From assembly GCA_951804945.1 (NCBI GenBank), contig OX638156.1, forward strand, positions 49,786,001-49,850,000: a DNA stretch of 64,000 nucleotides. The letters run 5' to 3'. Position numbers and translations under genes: made by a program. Each line of letters begins with the position of its first letter. The first letter of the stretch is position 1. This document shows positions 61,452-64,000 of this stretch, one piece after another. The notes below the pieces were generated by a model, which saw nothing but the letters and a program-made list of their open reading frames with translations, was not told the DNA's origin and did no database searches. Source of the DNA: Podarcis cretensis. Its lineage: Eukaryota.

Positions 61452-61823
61452 GCAGGAGCTGGGACAGAGCACCGGGAGCTCACCCCCTTGAGCAGGTTCG
61501 AACCACTGACCTTTTGATCGGCAAGCTAAAGAGACTCAGTGGTTTAGACCACAGCGCCACCCACTCGAATGTATGCTATGCTCAAAAGCATACCATTGTG
61601 AATAGATAAATAGGTACTGCTACGGTGGGCAGGTAAACAGCATTTCCATGCACTCTGGCACTTGTCACGGTGTCCCGTTGTGCCAGAAGCCGTTTAGTCA
61701 TGCTGGTCACGTGACCCGGAAAGCTATCTGTGGAAAACGGTGGCTCTCTCAGTGTGAAGCAAGATGAGCGCCACCCCCCATAGTTGCCTTTGACTAGACT
61801 TAATCATCCAGGGGTCCTTTACC
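61452..61823. mobile_element. Older Sauria SINE with inverted 5' segment
   Basis: 61452-61566 is the SINE head on the - strand (ggttcgaacc...accacagcgccacc); ~61580-61823 is the SINE body and tail on + (agataaataggtac...ggggtcctttacc). Confidence 0.7.
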
Positions 61824-62786
61824 TCCCCCCCCCCCCCACAATAGTGGCATGGCAGGAGGTGGCTTGGTGTGAGGAGAAGGGAACAAAAAGAGATAGACAG
61901 CCCACAAGAAATCAGCTCATACAAAATGGGCAGACTAGGAATATGGTGAAGTGGAGGGAAAGAGCTGATTGGGGTAGAGAGAGGGGGCTTTTACAATCGC
62001 AACAGGGATCCATTGGAGAGGGCCTTCAATACTGAGGGCTATAGTGCTTTCTTCACAGAAAGCCTTTGATTGGATTGACTTGATATAGACTTGGATCTCT
62101 TCTTAAGACTTCTCTGTTTGTGCTGTCTCTCTCTCTGCTGATGTCATTGTCTGTCATGAGTAGCCACCAAAAAATGTGGCTATTTCTAAATTGCCCTTAC
62201 TGGAATAGCACCCTTCCCGCTCATGGATTGGGTTTCTTTGCTGGTGCGGCAAGTTTCTGTTTGCGAAAGGCTTTTCTTGGTTTCCAAAGCAGACCTCTCT
62301 GACTTACAGGGGCACCTCAGACGGTCTGCTGCATTGTCCTTCCAGCTTCATGTCTCAGCCTGTGGAATTCAGCTCAGTGTTGTTGGTCCTTAAGTCTCTT
62401 AGCATCTCTTCTCAACTTTCCACAAGGTTCTTAGCTTTTCACCACAAATGCAACTGTCTTCTTGCCACTACCTCTGAAATACAGCATTGCTTAATCTGTA
62501 GGTTGAATGCAGATTAGTGGATTTCTCTTGGGCATCTCTTTTTGCACTTTATGTTGGGCTATTTTATAGGGGGGAAATGATGAGAAGACTCTTTGTCATA
62601 TAGCCCCCCTGAAAGGAGCTATCCATAATTTCTGTACTGAACAATCTCTTTGATCAACAGAAGTAGGGCAACTCCTAGAGGCAGGTAAAAATTCCTTGTT
62701 CTGGCAGTAGTACTTCCATCTTTGATATCTGCTCTGATATTCTGTATTTCAGCCTTCCCCATCCTGATGTCCTCTAGATATTTTGG

Positions 62787-63025
62787 GTTTTTTTTATAAG
62801 ATATTTATTAAAGTTTTCAAAAATAATACATTGTGAAACAAAATGAAAAGAAAACACAAAAATACAAAAGTACAAAAATACAAAAATAAAAGCAAATTAA
62901 AAACACATAGAGTTTCATTTTCCAGACCTCCTCATACCTCCCTTTCTTATATTCCAATTCAATTTGTTTGTTTAGCAAATCCTCACCACTAATTCTTTTA
63001 GTTATTTCAAAACCTTATTTTCCGT
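62787..63025 (-). mobile_element. 5'-truncated L1-like LINE 3'UTR fragment nested in a hAT-type MITE
   Basis: 17-bp TSD tcctctagatattttgg (62770-62786 / 63026-63042); poly-T plus agatatttatt; removing it restores cagccttcccc...agatattttggactacaac MITE sequence. Confidence 0.65.
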
Positions 63026-64000
63026 TCCTCTAGATATTTTGGACTACAACCCACATCATTCCTAGCTAGCACAGTTGGTTGCTGTATGCTGTAATACGGA
63101 GTGTGTGTGTGGGGCGGGGATTCTCCCAGTCTTCTTGTAGCCTTCCCTTTTTCAATAACCTTTGCATGTAGAAACAAACAGCAGTCATATAGCCTACCAC
63201 ATAGTACAATACTGCAAGCAAATTGCTTCTGTGCTTGGTGTCTTAGGCTCACAACATTTTTCATGGTCAGTATATTTATTTGCACTGCCACAGGCCACCG
63301 TAATTTTAACAAGTTAAAAACAAGGTTCTGTTTCTGTAGAAACTTATTAAGTTCAGACAGAATTGGGCAATGTTTATTGACGATAGGTATAACAAGGCAC
63401 ATTCTTGACATAATCCAAAATATTTATTAGAGATGACATAATATATACCATTATTTTTAATGTAATACTTGCAATTTCTTTATTTTTTCTTAACTTTTCT
63501 TTGTAAATACATATGGTTTTCTAAAGGTGAATACAAATTATAAATAAATTAAGAACAAGTATTTGATAGTCACTTCTTGCCATACAATCCCTCTTGGCTT
63601 ATGCCTGCATCCTCCAAGGGGAATTGGATAAGATTCTCCTCTCCCCTGGGCTTTTTTGCCCCATCCCAGTTTCTTATCTTTGCTACAAGAAGCAAAGTGA
63701 TCTGCCAAACACGAGGTACAAGAGAGAATGCCAGCCACTCTTTGTGGTCAAGCTGCTTGCATTGGGTGCACAGAAAGGCTACCTGAACTTGGTAAAGCAA
63801 AGAAGTTACATTATTTCAGCAAGCCTCCTTTAGCATTGCTGCTCAGAGCTCAAGCGACAGATTGGAGAGACATGGGATGGGTGCCAAAGGAAGGCTTAGG
63901 GCTGGCGCTGGCGCTGGGAGTGTTAAATGGAATCTCATTAAGGAGTTATGTGCATGTTTAACAATTGGCTTCTCTTCACGCTTGGCTAGGAGATTTGGCC

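Overview
Vertebrate genomic DNA from a squamate reptile, probably a lacertid lizard, judged from Sauria SINE, Squam3-type SINE and Penelope fragments. Genes were reconstructed by hand from ORFs, splice signals and intron phases. (1) IST1 on +, 9 coding exons, 366 aa, downstream of a CpG island at 1-1400. (2) A full-length PKD1L3 on -, 31 coding exons, about 1772 aa: C-type lectin, mucin-like stalk, GAIN/GPS, PLAT, 11 TM with the polycystin channel domain; it contains one GC-AG intron. (3) Immediately upstream in tandem, a second, divergent polycystin-1-family gene on -, 22 coding exons, about 1123 aa, with an open reading frame. It has C-type lectin, GAIN/GPS, an eroded PLAT and TM1-5, but stops right after TM5 and so lacks the whole TOP/ion-channel module. 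(4) The first three coding exons of CYB5B on +. The most notable observations are the channel-less, PKD1L2-like polycystin paralogue and two Penelope-derived minimal hammerhead-ribozyme motifs in IST1 introns. Several unusual retroposon insertion structures are also present (about 80-bp TSD, 5'-inverted SINE). All coordinates were read by eye and may be off by a few bases.
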